DNA of 64,000 nucleotides, from NCBI GenBank assembly GCA_965206695.1, contig CBDBKM010000008.1:1-64000 (forward strand). The letters run 5' to 3'. The translations under genes were made by a program, and so were the position numbers. This document shows positions 63,015 to 64,000 of this stretch, piece by piece (position 1 is the stretch's first letter; every line of letters begins with the position of its first letter). Origin of the DNA: Chlamydiales bacterium. GTDB lineage: Bacteria > Chlamydiota > Chlamydiia > Chlamydiales > JAAZZY01. Below the pieces are notes generated by a model that was given only the letters and a program-made list of their open reading frames with translations, made no database searches and had not been told where the DNA came from.

Positions 63015-63041
63015 TTAGCACTCGAACCATTCATTTGCTTG
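63015..63041. promoter_or_regulatory. CIRCE operator (one arm perfect, one degenerate)
   Basis: TTAGCACTC-N9-ATTTGCTTG directly upstream of the -35 box. Confidence 0.75.
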
Positions 63042-63128
63042 TTTTTTCTATAACCAATTAATAATGAAGAGTATGCATGAAATTAATCTTTTAAAGATTT
63101 TAATTTAAACTACTTGAACCATTCGTAC

Positions 63129-63157
63129 TTGATTTTAAATAAATATTATGTTATAAT
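63129..63157 (+). promoter_or_regulatory. Sigma66/70-type promoter
   Basis: TTGATT-N17-TATAAT with TGn extension. Confidence 0.65.
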
Positions 63158-63204
63158 GTAACTGTAGCGAAAACAGTGTAATAACTTAGGAGTTATTAAA
63201 AATA

Positions 63205-63573
63205 ATGAGTAATCAAAGCCAAGTTGAGACGAACAATTCTTTATTTACGCAACTAGATATCAACGTAATCTCCAATAACGACGCCATACCAACGAAACTG
63301 AAACCGCAAGTCAACTTAACTTACATTGCAGCATTGATGTCATATCTTACAGGTGTGACTAAATACTTAAACGAAGTATCAGCAAATTATCATAAAATTG
63401 AAGCGGAAGCGAAACTACAAAGATCAGAAGCACAACAATCAGCCGGCAAAAATTCTAAAAATACAACGACAAACGGACCGGAAATAACAACTATCCCTCT
63501 AACATCAACCTCTACTAATACTACAACAGGAACTACAGGCAGCACCGCACAATTGTCCGGTATAGGCAAATAA
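63205..63573 (+). CDS. Hypothetical Thr/Ser-rich protein
   Basis: AGGAG RBS, consensus promoter, low-complexity tail. Confidence 0.65.
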   Translation: MSNQSQVETNNSLFTQLDINVISNNDAIPTKLKPQVNLTYIAALMSYLTGVTKYLNEVSANYHKIEAEAKLQRSEAQQSAGKNSKNTTTNGPEITTIPLTSTSTNTTTGTTGSTAQLSGIGK

Positions 63574-63833
63574 AAAATTAAAGAAGACGTCTTATAAAAT
63601 TTTTCAGGATGGAAGAGTATTTTCTTCCATCCTTTTCTTTTTACCCCCTCTTTTTTTAAAAAAACACAATCAAAAAATATATTTCTATAATTTATTGAAA
63701 TATATAGGTTCTTTCTCTCTTTTTCCAAATTCTAAAATCCCTTATAATAAGAAATATACTTTTATACTTTATGTTAAATAAACTCCGTAGTAATTAAATA
63801 CACGGGTCAAAAGTTAAGGAAGTAATTGAAGCA

Positions 63834-64000
63834 ATGCAATGCCCTTTTTGCCGTCATGAGGAACTCAAGGTAACCGATTCACGTAATGCTATAGAAGCAA
63901 ATGCTATCAGACGGCGACGCGAATGCTTGAAATGCACTCGTCGATTTACAACTTTTGAGACTCTTGAAGTAGGTTTACAAGTACATAAACGAGACGGTCG
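63834..64000 (+). CDS. nrdR: Transcriptional repressor NrdR, partial (runs off the window)
   Basis: MQCPFC....KVTDSR......[18 protein letters not shown]. Confidence 0.95.
   Translation, partial: MQCPFCRHEELKVTDSRNAIEANAIRRRRECLKCTRRFTTFETLEVGLQVHKRDG

Noticed and set aside
63390..63728. 112-aa minus-strand ORF
   Set aside because: Antisense to the 63205-63573 gene, which has a promoter and RBS.

Overview
AT-rich (about one-third GC) chromosomal window from an environmental member of the phylum Chlamydiota. The assignment is inferred from protein style and Chlamydia-like gene order (mnmE-psd...secA; kdsD-sucB-gltT-lpxK...spoU-SAM MTase-dnaK-grpE-hrcA-nrdR). Beyond housekeeping genes it carries pathways absent from Chlamydiaceae: a Phe/Tyr branch operon whose DAHP synthase has been destroyed by IS elements, pyrBICD plus pyrE, and a eukaryote-type IDH. 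It also has a DUF2608 HAD triad, an Rsm22/METTL17-like gene, and many IS elements and pseudogenes (three IS630 types, two IS701-like types, IS5/IS1182, IS200/IS605, TnpB). The strongest unexplained signal spans the window: CCGG is heavily over-represented, CCAG/CTGG is depleted, and many deviations from family consensus in conserved motifs fall on CCGG. This suggests a CCGG-directed mutational or repair system (inner-C methyltransferase plus Vsr-like repair) encoded outside the window. A second finding is a set of dispersed IS605 left-end remnants inserted after TTAT that supply stop codons to host genes. No rRNA, tRNA or CRISPR array was recognised. All calls come from motif recognition and hand translation; no database search was run.
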